Below are positions 1 through 12,266 of a stretch of 64,000 nucleotides of DNA, in pieces. A model generated the notes under the pieces. The model worked only from the letters and a program-made list of their open reading frames with translations. It had not been told where the DNA came from and searched no databases. The stretch spans positions 102,488,001 to 102,552,000 of the forward strand of contig NC_086097.1 in assembly GCF_963921235.1 (NCBI RefSeq). Reading direction: 5' to 3'. This DNA is from Mobula hypostoma. Taxonomy: Eukaryota. Both the position numbers and the translations under genes were made by a program. Each line of letters starts with the position of its first letter. The first letter of the stretch is position 1.

Positions 1-994
1 CTGCAGGAAGTGCACCCAATTTTAGTTCTGGACTGACAGGTTCATGGAACTGGAGAGGGAGCTGGATGTGACCATCTAGTAGGCTGAAAACTTGATAAGA
101 CTTTTACTGAGGTGGTCACATCCAGACTGCAGGCTTCAGACAGTAGATAGGTGACCACCAGGAGAAATAAGGGGAGTTTACAATTAATACAAGGTTCCCC
201 TATGGTCATTCCCTTCAGCAACAAGTATACCCCTTTCGATACTACTGGGGGGAAAAACTTATCAGGGCACAGCAGCGGCAGCCAGGCCAGAGTATTGTAA
301 CTGGCTCTGAGGCTCAGCAGGGAAGGAAAATGTCAGGCAGACCGATAATGATAGGAGACTCAATGACAGGGGGACGAACAGGAGATTCTGTGGTTGTGAT
401 AAAGACACCGGTATAATGTGTTGTCTCCCAGTTGCTAGAAAAAGGAAGATCTGGGAAGACGTTGGAATTGATTATTAAGTATTTGGTGTTGGAGTACTGG
501 AAGGCACATGATACAATAGGCCATATTCAGTATGGTTTCCTCAAGGGAACAACTTGCTTGACAAATCTGTTGGAATTCTTTGGAAAAATAACAATCAGGA
601 TAGACAAAGGAGAATTGGGTGATGTTGCGTACTTGGATTTTCAGAATGCCTTTGACAAGGTACCACACATGAGGCTGCTTAAAAAGTTAAGAGCCCGTGG
701 TATTACAGGAAAGATTTTAGCATGGATAAAGCAGTGGCTGATTGGTAGGAGGCAATGAGTCAAAATAAAGGGGGCATTTTTTGGTTGGCTGTCACTAATT
801 AGTGGTCTATAGGGGTCGGTATTGTGGCTGCCTCTTTTCACATTGTGTCAATGACTCAGATGATGGAATTGATTGCTTTATGGCCAAATTTGTTGATGAT
901 ACGAAGATTGGTGGAGGGGCAGGTGGTGTTCAAGAACCAGGGAGTCTGCAGAAGGACTTAGACAGATGTTGAGAATGGGCAAAGAGGTGACAGG
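1..994 (+). mobile_element. CR1-type LINE relic (ORF1 esterase remnant joined by deletion to RT)
   Basis: IGDS...RRFCG...CCLP near 350-430 resembles the SGNH esterase of CR1 ORF1. GFLKG-TCLTNLLEFF and YLDFQNAFDKVPH occur in ORF 432-758. Many stops. Confidence 0.8.
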
Positions 995-1272
995 TAAGAC
1001 CATAAGACTCAGAAGCAGAATTAGGCCATTCAACCTTTCGAGTTTGCTCCACCATGCCATCGTGGCTGATCCCAGACCCCACTCAATCCCACACACCTGC
1101 CTTCTCACCATATCCTTTAATGACCCGACTGATCAGGAAACAGTCAACTTCTGCCTTAAATATACCCATAGACTTTGCCTCCACTGCAGTCTGTGGCAGA
1201 GCATTCCACAGATTTACTACTCTCTGGCAAAAAATTCCTCCTTGCCTCTGTTCTAAAGGGTCGCCCCTCAAT
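995..1272 (-). mobile_element. CR1 LINE 3' end fragment
   Basis: Minus ORF 1083-1286 reads QRVVNLWNALPQ...KGYGEKAG. The 3' UTR and a short TCTTATGG-type tail end at ~995. Confidence 0.8.
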
Positions 1273-2280
1273 AGGGAGTTTAACATAAAGGAGCCCTTAG
1301 GAGGCAGTGATCATAATATGATTGAATTCGTACTGCAGTTTGAGAGGGAGAAGCATAACTCATATGTATCAGTATCGGAATGGAATAAAGGGTATTTCAG
1401 AGGCACGAGAGAGGAGCTTGCCCAGGTGGATTGGAGGAGGATACTGGCAAGGATGACGGCAGAGCAGAGATGCCTGAAGTTTCTGAGAATAGTTCACAAA
1501 GCACGGGATAGATATGACCCACAGAAGAAATTCTCAAATGGCAGGGGTAGGCAGCTGTTGCTGACAAGGGAAGCTAAGGGCTGCGCAAAACCCAAGGAAA
1601 GAGCATATAAGGTAGCAAAAGTGAGTGGGAAGTTGGATGATTGGGAAGTTTTTAAAATCTAACAAAAGGCAACTAAAAAAGCCATAAGAAGGGAAAAGAT
1701 GAAATATGAGGGCAAACTAGTCAATAATATAAAGCAGGATACTAGAAGTTTTTTCAGTTATTTAAAAAGTAAAAGGGAGATGAGAGTTGATATTGGACCA
1801 TTGGAAAATGATGCTGGTGAGGTAGTAATGGAGGACAAAGAAATGGCAGATGAACTTAATAGGTACTTGCAATCAGTCTTCACTGTGGAAGACACTAGCA
1901 GTGTGCCAGAGATCCGTGAATGTCAGGGAGCAGGAGTGAGTGCCATTGCTATTACGAAGGAAAATGTGCTAGGCAAACTCAAAGGTCTTAAGGTGAATAA
2001 GTCACCTGAATCAGATGGACTACATCCCACAGTCATGATAGAGGTTGCTGAAGAGATAACAGATGTATTAGTCATGATCTTTCAAGAATCACTTGACTCT
2101 GGCATGGTCCAGGAGGACTGGAGGATTGCAAATGTCACTCATCTCTTTACAATGGGAGGAAGGCAAATGAAAGGAACTTATAGGCCAGATTGCCCTTCCT
2201 CAGTGGTTGGGAAAATGTTGGAGTCTATTATTAAGCTTGAGATTTAGGGGAAATTGGAGACTGACAATAAGATAAAACAA
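1273..2280 (+). mobile_element. CR1 LINE ORF2 fragment (end of endonuclease to start of RT)
   Basis: Motifs LGGSDHNMIEF, KSPESDGLHP and EDWRIANVT. Confidence 0.85.
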
Positions 2281-3983
2281 CATCTGTGATCCCTGCCATG
2301 ACGGTGATAAAGTAGTTTGATTTAGTACAGTTGATTGAGAGTCAGGAAACTGACAGAAACCCCTTTGCTTTTGATTGAATATGGAAAATACAGGATCTAA
2401 GGATTGGTTATCTGTTTCACCAGATAGACAGAACCTCCAACAGTACAGCCACCGCTCTGTATTCAAGCAAACCATCGGCTGGAGTTTGTCCTATGGAAAA
2501 CTGAAACTCTCAATCTTCTCAGTCAGAGTTAAGAATGCTGTCCACTTCACCTCAAGCCAGCAACAACAGCAGTAACATCTATACCTGAAAGATCTGTAGA
2601 CTTTGATTTGTGAGCCCCTGTGAACTTCTTAGAGCTGTACAATCAGAAACACTCCTTTGGCCCACAATGTTCATGCTGACCATTGTACCCATCTGTACTG
2701 CATTCACCAGGAGCCTCTATTGCCATGGGTGGCACAGTGGTGCTTGTGATCCCCAGTTCTAGACACGCTCATTTTTTCCAATGCTCATGAGAAAGTAGGC
2801 CCAGTCTGCTTAACCTATCCTCAGATGACAACTACCCAGCTCCCACTTCCCATGTCGGGAATCAATCACAGCACTCCCCTATCCCATACACTTCCTTCCT
2901 CAGAAAGGGAGACCAGACTTGTACACAATATTTCAGATGTGATTTTGCCGAGACTCTACATAATTGCAGCAAGAAGTCTCCATTCTTTGCTCAGATCTTG
3001 CATTCAAGGCCAACATACCATTTCCTTTCTGATATCTTGCTGTATTTTTTTTTCATATTTTCTTGCCTTCAACCCATTGAAACTGTCAGTTCTCAGATCA
3101 GTCCCCTTCAGTCCCCTGCATTCCCCTTTAACCAGTTCAGAATCAGAATCACTTTTTTGTCAATTTGCTTCGAGCAAAAAACACAGGACAATACCACAAC
3201 AGACACACAACAGCAACCAACAATTTATAAGACAATAGTGCAAACAGCCACAAGCGATCAACAATGAGCAGAACGGTCGCATGAGCAAACATCAATAATC
3301 AGACTTAAATAAATGTTAACACGTGAAGTCAGGAATCAAAAGGTTGAGTATGGTGTGCCTAGTGTCCTGAGCTACAGATACTTCAATAGAAGTAGTATCG
3401 TAGGAAAGGTAGGTGAGCTCAGGGCATAGATCAACACCTGGAATTATGATACTAATTCCATGAGACCTGGTTGCAGGAGGGGCAGGACTGGCAGCTCAAT
3501 ATTCTGGGGTTCCATTGTTTTAGATGTGACAGAGCAGGAAGGATTAAGGGAGGAGGAGAGCTGTTACCAGTCATGGAAAAGTCAGTCAGGACAGACTGAA
3601 GACCTCACCTAGTGTGGCGTTTTGGGTGGAACTGAGAAATAAGAAAGGTATGACCATGTTAATGGAGCCATATTACAAACCACTCAATAGTCCGTGGGAT
3701 TTAGTGGAACAAATCATAGAGAGATCGTGGACTATTGCAAGAAACAGAAGGTTGTTACAGAAGGTGATTTTGAATTTCCACATGTTGACTGGGACCCCCC
3801 TACTGTAAAAGGACTAAATGGGATAGAGTTTATCAAATGTGTTCAAGGAAGTTTTCTAAATCAGTACTGAGAAGTCCCAATCAGACAGTGTGCGATACTG
3901 GTTCAATTATTAGAGAATAAGACAGGGCAGGTGGCAGAAGTTTGTGCAGGGGAACACTTTGCATCCAGTGATCACAATGCCAC

Positions 3984-6900
3984 GGTAGGGTAATGAAATT
4001 GGGAGAAATGTACATAATTCACAAACACCCACATTGTGTTGGGGTGTCGCTTTAAGAGACTGGTCTGACATGATGACATTGTTACGTACAGATTTTTAGC
4101 TTACTTTTGTTGTTTAGGTTTTGGAGTTTAATAAAATGTGTTATGGGTTTCATTAAACATAAAATGCTTCAACTCATCCTATTTGTGAAAACCTGCATTG
4201 ATGACCCTGATGCTCTCGGGCAATTCCAGAGTAATTAAACACGTCGGCCAACACAGTCACTTTGAAACTGCTGGGGTTTTGGGAGCAAAATGCCCTCTCT
4301 TAGTTCGTACAAGCTGAGGCCGATGACCCCAAATTCTGCTACGTGGTAGCAATGCTCAGCAATTCCATGTGGTGAGTGGGGAGTCTGCTTGGACATCTGC
4401 CTGAACATGATACATACCAATCGCTGAAAATTCACCTTTTACAGACTGTTGGACTATCTCAGTCTGAGCATGCCAGTTACTCTCCTAACCCAGTCTCGAT
4501 GATGCTGGGCCTTCGGAGCAAATGGACCACATGCTGTCTCTCCTGGGAAATCACCATCCTTGTCTTATTTTAAAGAACTCTTCATGCAGCAAATGCCTGA
4601 TCAAGTTTGCATATCCCTCACTAATGCACCCGTGATGGACTATAGGGAGCTTGCAAAGATGGCTGATGGTCTGCACTCAGCCAGGCAGTGGTGCATCATT
4701 CCTCCTCCTTTCTCTACCTCAATAAGCCTGGTCTACATAAGGACGCTCACATCTGTGAAACAGACAATGCTTTATTTTTAAAACCACACACGAACAGTGC
4801 TACCGCATTGGGACATCAGAGGTCTGTGAACACTGTGGGTTCCAGCTGGCAAGGTCGTCTACTGTTCATTACAGACACCCTTCCAGGACGATGCTTCCTG
4901 TGTAACACGGGTGCTGAAGTGATTGTGCTGTCGGCATCGTCTATTGATGAGAAGACAAAGAGCGACGAAACCTCGCTGGAGACCTCCAACAGCAGCAGGA
5001 TCCAGACTTACAGGACACGATGGGTGACGCTCTGCTTCAGTAGGTAACGTTACACATGGGACTTCATCCTCGCTGAACTGACTAGACCTCTGCTCGGTGC
5101 AGATTTCCTGTGTGCCCAAGGACTGTTGTTCGATCTGAAGAACTGCCGGCTTGTGGATGTCAAGGACTTTGTGTCGTTACCCGGCTCCCCCAGTAAGTTC
5201 CCCACAACGACCCTGTCAAGCACATGCACCACTGCATGTGAGTTTACTCGACTGCTGAGTGAACTCCCAGACCTCAGCAAGCCCACATTCTCCACTACAG
5301 TCATAAAACATGGGGTCATGCCCATTCCCACAACTGGCTCACCAGTCCTTGCTGTGCGCATAGACTGGACCCAGAAAAGCTGGCAACCACGAAGGCTGAG
5401 TTTGTCAACGTGGAGAGACTTCGCATTGTACACCGGTCGAATAGCCCCTGGGGTTCACCCCTCTGCACGGTCCCCAAGTCCAATGGTGGTTGCCGCCCAT
5501 GTGGTGATCACCAATGCTTTATCGAGTCCACCACCCCCGATTGTCATCCAGTCCCACACATCTAAGACTTTACTCCATGTTTAATCAGAAAGTTAACTTT
5601 TTCCAAAATTGATCTAGTTAAGGGTTACCCTCAGGTGCCAGTGTGCTTGGAGGACATTCCCAAAACAACTGTGATAAACAACACACATCAAAGTTGCTGG
5701 TGAATGCAGCAGGCCAGGCAGCATCACTAGGAAGAGGTACAGTCGACGTTTCGGGCCGAGACCCTTTGTCAGGACTAACTGAAGGAAGAGCTAGTAAGAG
5801 ATTTGAGAGGGGGAGGGGGAGATCCAAAATGATAGGAGAAGACAGGAGGGGGAGGGATGGAGCCAAGAGCTGGACAGGTGATTGGCAAAAGGGATATGAG
5901 AGGATCATGGGACATGGGAATGGGATGTGGAATTAAAATGTGTGGCCACTGGGAGATCCTGCTTTTTCTGGCGGACAGAGACCACAGACCCATTCCCATT
6001 CTGATATGTCTATCCACGGCCTCCTCTACTGTAAAGATGAAGCCACACTCAGGTTGGAGGAACAACCCCTTATATTCCGTCTGGGTAGCCTCCAACCTGA
6101 TGGCATGAACATCGACTTATCTAACTTCCGCTAATGCCCCACCTCCCCCTCATACCCCATCCGTTATTTATTTTTATACACACATTCTTTCTTTCTCTCA
6201 CTCTCCTTTTTCTCCCTCTGTCCCTCTGACTAAACCCCTTGCCCATCCTCTGGGTTTTCCCCCCTCCCCCTTTTCCTTCTCCCTGGGCCTCCTGTCCCAT
6301 GATCCTCTCATACCCCTTTTGCCAACACCTGTCCAGCTCTTGGCTCCATCCCTCCCCCTCCTGTCTTCTCCTATCATTTTGGATCTCCCCCTCCCCTCCC
6401 CCTCCCACTTTCAAATCTCTTACTAGCTCTTCCTTCAGTTAGTCCTGACGAAGGGTCTCGGCCCAAAATGTCGACTGTACCTCTTCCTAGAGATGCTGCC
6501 TGGCCTGCTGCATTCACCAGCAACTTTGATGTGTGTTGCTTGAATTTCCAGCATCTGCAGAATTCCTCGTGTTTACAGCTGTGTTAACCCCGTTTGGCCT
6601 TGTTTAGTTTCTGTGCATGCCATTTGGACTGAAAAATGCAGCACAGACTTTCAAATAGCTGATGGACTCCAAGAGTTAGAAGTTCTTTTTGTTTACCCAC
6701 ATGACATACTTGCCCCAGTGCATCCAAATCCGAACACATATCTCACCTCTGTACTTTTCCAGTCCTTAAGCCAGCACGAGTTGATTATTAACCCTGCTAA
6801 ATTCCAGTTTGGGTTGTCAACCATTGATTTTCTCAGCCTTTCAAAGGTAGACGTTATTATAAATTTCCCATCACCTCGTACTACTAAAAAGCGACAGGAG

Positions 6901-8549
6901 TTTTTAGGCACGGTGTATATCTATCACCGCTTCATTCGGCAAGCTGCTGAACGTATGCTCTTCCTGTATAGTGTGCTTAAAGACAATACCCTTGATCACG
7001 TGCTTGACTGGTCAGCGGACATGACCAGGCCACTTGATGACACCAAACGAGCTCGTTCAAACGCAGCCCGATTGATGCATCTGCTCCCTACCAATGCCTC
7101 AGACTATACTGTGGGTGCTGTGCACGAACAATTGGTTGGAGGCATGTGGCAGCCGCTTGTCTTCTTGAGCCAGCTGCTCAGTCCCCTGTGAAAGGAAGTA
7201 CAGCATGTTTGACCGTGAACTTCTCGGTCTCTATCTGGCTGTCCACCATTTTAGTTCTCTTCCAGAGGGTCAGCATTTCACAGCATTCATTGACCTTGAA
7301 CCGCTCATGCACACAATGTTTGCACTAAAGTTTGTTTGGCACGGCCTCAGAAAGGACGTTGTACCTCTTGAGGTTCCTGAGCGATGGTTTGACCATGTCA
7401 ACATGGGCCTAGTTGGTTCTCTTCTCCGCTCCCGTGGTTTCACACATGTCCTTACCATGATGGACCACACCACCAGGTGCCAGAGGTTGTGCCTCCAGTA
7501 CCGACGATGGCCGCAGACGTGGCTCGACATTCATCAGCACCTGGGTTGCTCAGTTTGGTGCCCCATTTGATATTTCCTCTGACCATGGTCCCCAATTCAC
7601 ATCAAACCTCAGGGCTGCGATGGCCCAGAACTTTGGTGTTAGGCTACATCATAACACAGTGAATCACCGGCAGTCCAATGGCCTATGTGAGCAGTTTCAC
7701 TCCTCCTTAAAGGCTGCTCTAAGGGCTTCCCTGACCGATGAGTGTTGGCATGATCGTCTCCCATGGGTCTTGCTGGGGCTCAGAACAGCTTTGAAAAAGG
7801 ACCTGCAGTTGTCCGCAGCTGAGTTGGTATACCAGCAGCTGTTACTAGTGTCAGGTGATTTCATTCCTGACGCCCCGACCGTCTGGTCAGGCTCTCAACA
7901 GCATTCCACCCTCCTCAGTAAATTCAATTCCTTTTCACCTATTCCTACCTCCCATGGTGTACAACACTCTTGGGTTTTTGTTGACCTCCATTCCACCTTA
8001 TTTGTTTTCATAACGCATACCAACATCCCCTTCAGCCCCCTTACGATGCCCTGTTCCATGTTTTTGAACAGGGAGAAAACATTTTTGTCATAGATAAGAG
8101 GGGCAAACCTGAATGTATTTTGGTAGATTTCCTTAAACAGGCCCACCAAGATTTGAAGTATTCTGCTGCCATGTCCCCGGCATCATAATGTGACCGTGTG
8201 TGTGTCAACGCACCTCCAGACAAGCCAAAGGCACCTGCTGTTCCTCCACCCAGGGACATTGGACCTGAACTAGCTGGCTTGTCTGAGCTCTAGATAGGCT
8301 CACAATGTCAGTTTAAGTGAATACTGAGGGGGCTTGTGTGGGGGAATGTAATTGAGAGAAATGTACATAGTTCACAACCTCCGACATTGAGCTGGAGTTT
8401 CTCTTTAGGAGGCTGGTCTGATATGATGATGTTGTTACATAAGAATTTTTTGGGTGTTTTTATGTTTTGGTTTTGGAGTTCACTAAAATGTGTTACAGGT
8501 TTCATTAAACATAAAATACCTCACTTCATTTGATTTGCGAAAACCTACA
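3984..8549 (+). mobile_element. Gypsy (CsRn1-like) LTR retrotransposon relic with both LTRs
   Basis: Alignable but diverged LTRs at 3984-4197 and 8337-8549. PBS-like ttgatgaccc follows the 5' LTR and a polypurine tract precedes the 3' LTR. 4 bp TSD ccac/ccat (3980-3983, 8550-8553). Degenerate gag, protease (NTGA), RT, RNase H (TNASDY) and integrase (QSNGLCEQFH) remnants. Confidence 0.88.
5678..6574. mobile_element. Penelope-like fold-back element inserted in the Gypsy RT
   Basis: Inverted arms, with a GIY-YIG C-terminal remnant (LEEQPLIFRLGSLQPDGMN). TSD-like acaactgtgataa/acagctgtgttaa at 5665-5677 and 6575-6587 interrupts the RT motif IPKTAV.TPFG. Mutated hammerhead motifs at 5741-5776 (-) and 6441-6476 (+). 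Confidence 0.85.
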
Positions 8550-8768
8550 CCATTAGTTTCAAAGTAAATATGCTGAAAGATAGGTCTAGTCTACAGGTTG
8601 AGGTTCTAATTTGGAAAATGGCCACTTTTGATGGCATCAGCAAGTATAGACTGGGACAGGATGTTTTCTGGCAGAGGTATATATGGTAATGGGAGGGCTT
8701 CAAAAGTGAAATTTTGAGAGTACAAAACCAGTATGTGCACGTCAGAATAAAAGGTAAATATAATAGGT

Positions 8769-11275
8769 TGTGGCAATCCACTTTCTACGCAGGCAAACCG
8801 GCCCCAAAATGGTGCTGGGCCTTCTTCTTCACCAGCAAGGGGAGAAAGCCTATGCGCGGGAAGAGACTTTTGTAATGCACCTCTGGTGTCATTTCCGCCC
8901 GGAGAGGGTGGGAACGGAACTGCGTAAAAGCCAGTGCCGCGAAGTTTGAATAAACTAGTCTTGAGTGCAACTTACAGACTGCGTGTCGTTATTTCTAGCT
9001 CTGTGTATAGCACATCGCTGCATTGGTGACCCCAACGGTCCAAACGGGATTTGGACCAAAGATGATCGACTCTTCATCTGTTCACACAGTTTCGCTAAAA
9101 CTGCCAACATTTTTTAGCATATTTACTTTGAAAATAATGGTGCAGGTTTTCGCAAATAAAATGAAGTGAGGTCCTTTAACATCTGTCGGACGATGTTGAG
9201 GATGTTCTACGAGTCTGTGGTGGCCAGTGCGATCATGTTTGCTGTTGTGTGCTGGGGCAGCAGGCTGAGGGTAGCAGACACCAACAGAATCAACAAACTC
9301 ATTCGTAAGGCCAGTGATGTTGTGGGGATGGAATTGGACTCTCTGACGGTGGTGTCTGAAAAGAGGATGCTGTCCAAGTTGCATGCCATCTTGGACAATG
9401 TCTCCCATCCTCTACATAATGTACTGGTTGGGCACAGGAGTACATTTAGCCAGAGACATTACACCGAGATGCAACACTGAGTGACATAGGAAGTCATTCC
9501 TGCCTATGGCCATCAAACTTTACAACTCCTGCCTTGGAGGGTCAGACACCCTGAGCCAATAGGCTGGTCCTGGACTTATTTCCATTTGGCATAATTTACA
9601 TATTATTATTTAATTATTTATGGTTTCATATTGCTGTATTTGTACTCTATTCTTGGTTGGTGCAACTGTAATGAAACCCAATTTCCCTCGGGATCAATAA
9701 AGTATGTATCTATCTATCAACTTTCTGGACGCTGCGACCACGCGTGTAGTTTGACCAAGCAGAAGCCTAGTTCCAGATTTGGCAGATATCTTCTGATTCC
9801 ACGCATTACTATTATGTGGTGAGCTCCCTTGACCAGGAGACAGCTGCCCAGGTTGAGGATTCCATATAGTCACCCCCGGAAGAAGGCAAATATGCAGCAT
9901 TCAAAGCACTGCTCATAGGGACCTTTGGCCTCTCAAGGCATGAGGGAGGTGTCTGCTTGCTGCACCTGGACGGTTTGGGAGACAGGCCGCCATCAGCATT
10001 AATGAACGAAATGCTGGCCCTGGCTGAAGGACACAAGCCCTGCCTCATGTTTGAGCAAGCGCTCCTAGAACAACTGCCGGAGGATATACAACTGCTGCTA
10101 GCCGACGCAGATTTCAGTGACCCCCGGAAGGTGGCGGCCCGGACAGACGTGCTGTGAAAAGCCAAGAGGGAGAGCAGATTACCAAGCCGTGTGCCCAACA
10201 GCAGGCCAGACCAGGCCCAGCAACGGAGCACACACAATCCAGGGGCAGGAGTGAGGAGGCCAATGAACAGTGGTGTTTCTACCACCAGTGGTGGGGCACA
10301 GAAGCCCGCTGTTGTTGCCCGCCCTGCAAGTTCCTGGGAAACGCCAGGGCCAGCTGCCACTAATGGCTAAAGTGGCTGGCCACCAGGACAGCCTCTTGGG
10401 CTCTTGTACATCTGGGACAAACAGTCGGGACGCCGCTTCTTGGTCGACACCAGAGCAGAAATCAGTGTCTTACCCCCACGGGGTACGACACGTGCAACAG
10501 GGAGCCGAGACTCACCCTGAGGCCTGCAAACGGCAGCACGATACGGACCTATGGCACCGCACGGTGCGGCTACAGTTTGGCGCCAGCCGGTTCACGTGGG
10601 ACTTCACACTGGCTGCCGTGGCCCAACCACTCCTGGGGGTGGACTTCTTGCGAGCTCACAGCCTGCTGGTCGATTTGCAAGGGAAAAGACTGGTCCATGC
10701 CAAGACTTTCCAGATGTTCTCCCTGGGTGAAGCCAAGTTGCCGGCCCCTCACCTGGACTCCAGCACGCTGTCTGACAACGAATGCACCAGAATCCTGGTG
10801 GACTTTCCATCGGTTCTGGCACCGCAGTTCACGGCAGCCATGCCCAGACACAGAGTACAGCACCACATTCCGACCCAGGGACCACCCCTCCACATCTGCG
10901 CATGAAGTCTCCCCCCAGACAAGCTCCGCCTGGCGAAGGAGGAGTTCAAGAAGATGGAGGAATTGGGGATCATACGGCGGTCCGACAGCCCATGGGCCTC
11001 CCCGCTGCACATGGTGCCCAAAGCAGCCCGGGGCTGGAGACCATGCGGCGACTACCGCAGACTGAATGAAGCTACAACTCCAGACCACTACCCCGTGCCA
11101 CACATACAGGACTTTGCAGCAAACCTGCACGGGACAAGCATCTTTTCCAAAGTAGACCTTGTCCGGGGATACCATTAAATTCTGGTACACCCTGAAGACA
11201 TCCCCAAAACAGCATTCATCACCCCGTTCGGCCTGTTTGAATTCCTCCAAATGCCGTCGGCCTGAAGAATGCCAT
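8769..11275 (+). mobile_element. Second Gypsy CsRn1-clade element, 3'-truncated
   Basis: 5' LTR TG...CA at 8769-9022 and PBS ttggtgacccc at 9023. Gag CHCC motif CFYHQWWGTEARCCCPPC (Cx2Hx9Cx3C). Protease LVDT, and RT SPWASPLHMVPK...WRPCGDYRRLN...KVDLVRGYH. Stops and frameshifts throughout. Confidence 0.88.
9109..9717 (+). mobile_element. Rex1/Babar-like LINE 3' fragment inserted in the Gypsy gag
   Basis: RSFNICRTMLRMFYESVVASAIMFAVVCWG, then AATAAA and a (TATC)n tail. A caac duplication flanks it (9105-9108, 9718-9721). Gag KLPT|FW resumes afterwards. Confidence 0.8.
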
Positions 11276-12230
11276 TACAGCTGTTTGCTGTCCTGATGTG
11301 ATTCAGGATGGATAAATCCCCAGGGCTTGCAAGGTATTCCCTCGGACACTGTGGGGGGCATCTGAAGAAATTGCCCAGGCACTAGCAGAGATATTTAAAT
11401 CATTCTTCGTAACAGGTGAGGTACCAGAGGACTGGAGGAAAGCCAATGTTGTCTCCTGTTTAAGAAATGCTCTAAAAATAGACCAGGAAATTTAGGCCGG
11501 TAAGCCTGACATCAATGGTGGGAAAGTTATTGGGAGGTATTCTAAGTATTTGGATAGACATGAACTGATTAAGGATAGTCAGCATAGCTTTATGCATGGT
11601 AGGTCATGTCTAACTAATCTTATAGAGTTTTTTGAGGAAGTTACCAATGTTGTCTACATGGTCTTTAACAAGGCAATTAACAAGGTCTCACATGGGAATT
11701 TGTTCAAGAAGGTTCAGTCGCTCGGCATTCAAGGTAAGGCAGTAAATTGGCTTTGTGAGAGAAGCCAGAGAGTGGTAGTAGACGGTTGCCTCTCTGACTG
11801 GGCACCTGTGTCCAGTGGTGTGTTGCAGGGATTGGTGCTGGGTCCATTGTCGTTTGTCATCTCGCTCAACGATTTGGATGATAATATGGTTAACTCGATC
11901 AGCAAAGTTGCGAATGACACCAAGATTGGGAGCGTAGTGAACAGCAAGGAAGACTATCAAGGCTTGCAGCAGGATCTGGACCAGATGGAAAAATGGGCTG
12001 AAAAATGGCAGATGGAATTTAATGCAGATGAGTATGAGGTGTTGCTCTTTGGGAGGACAAACCAGGGTAGGACTTACACAACGAATAGTAGGGCACTGAG
12101 GAGTGTGGTAGAACAAAGGGATCGGGGAATACAGACAACAGGAATTCTGCAGATGCTGGAAATTCAAGCAACACACATCGAAGTAGCTGGTGAACGCAGC
12201 AGGCCAGGCAGCATCTCTAGGAAGAGGTAC

Positions 12231-12266
12231 AGTTGACGTTTCAGGCTGAGACCCTTCGTCAGGACT
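12231..12266 (-). ncRNA. Minimal type I hammerhead ribozyme motif (PLE-associated)
   Basis: Reverse complement reads AGTC-CTGACGA-AGGGTCTCAGCCT-GAAAC-GTC-AACT. Core boxes are present; the stems carry substitutions. Confidence 0.65.

Larger units (their letters stand above)
3340..8768 (+). mobile_element. Degraded CR1 endonuclease region split by a Gypsy insertion (pieces ~3340-3983 and 8550-8768)
   Basis: WVELRNKKG and an SDH-like motif (agtgatcacaatgcca) resume as ttagtttcaaag after the 3' LTR. Confidence 0.7.

Noticed and set aside
2290..2620. Non-repeat-looking stretch with a short ORF ending in QQQQQ; possible exon of a neighbouring gene
   Set aside because: No recognisable homology and no convincing pair of splice sites.
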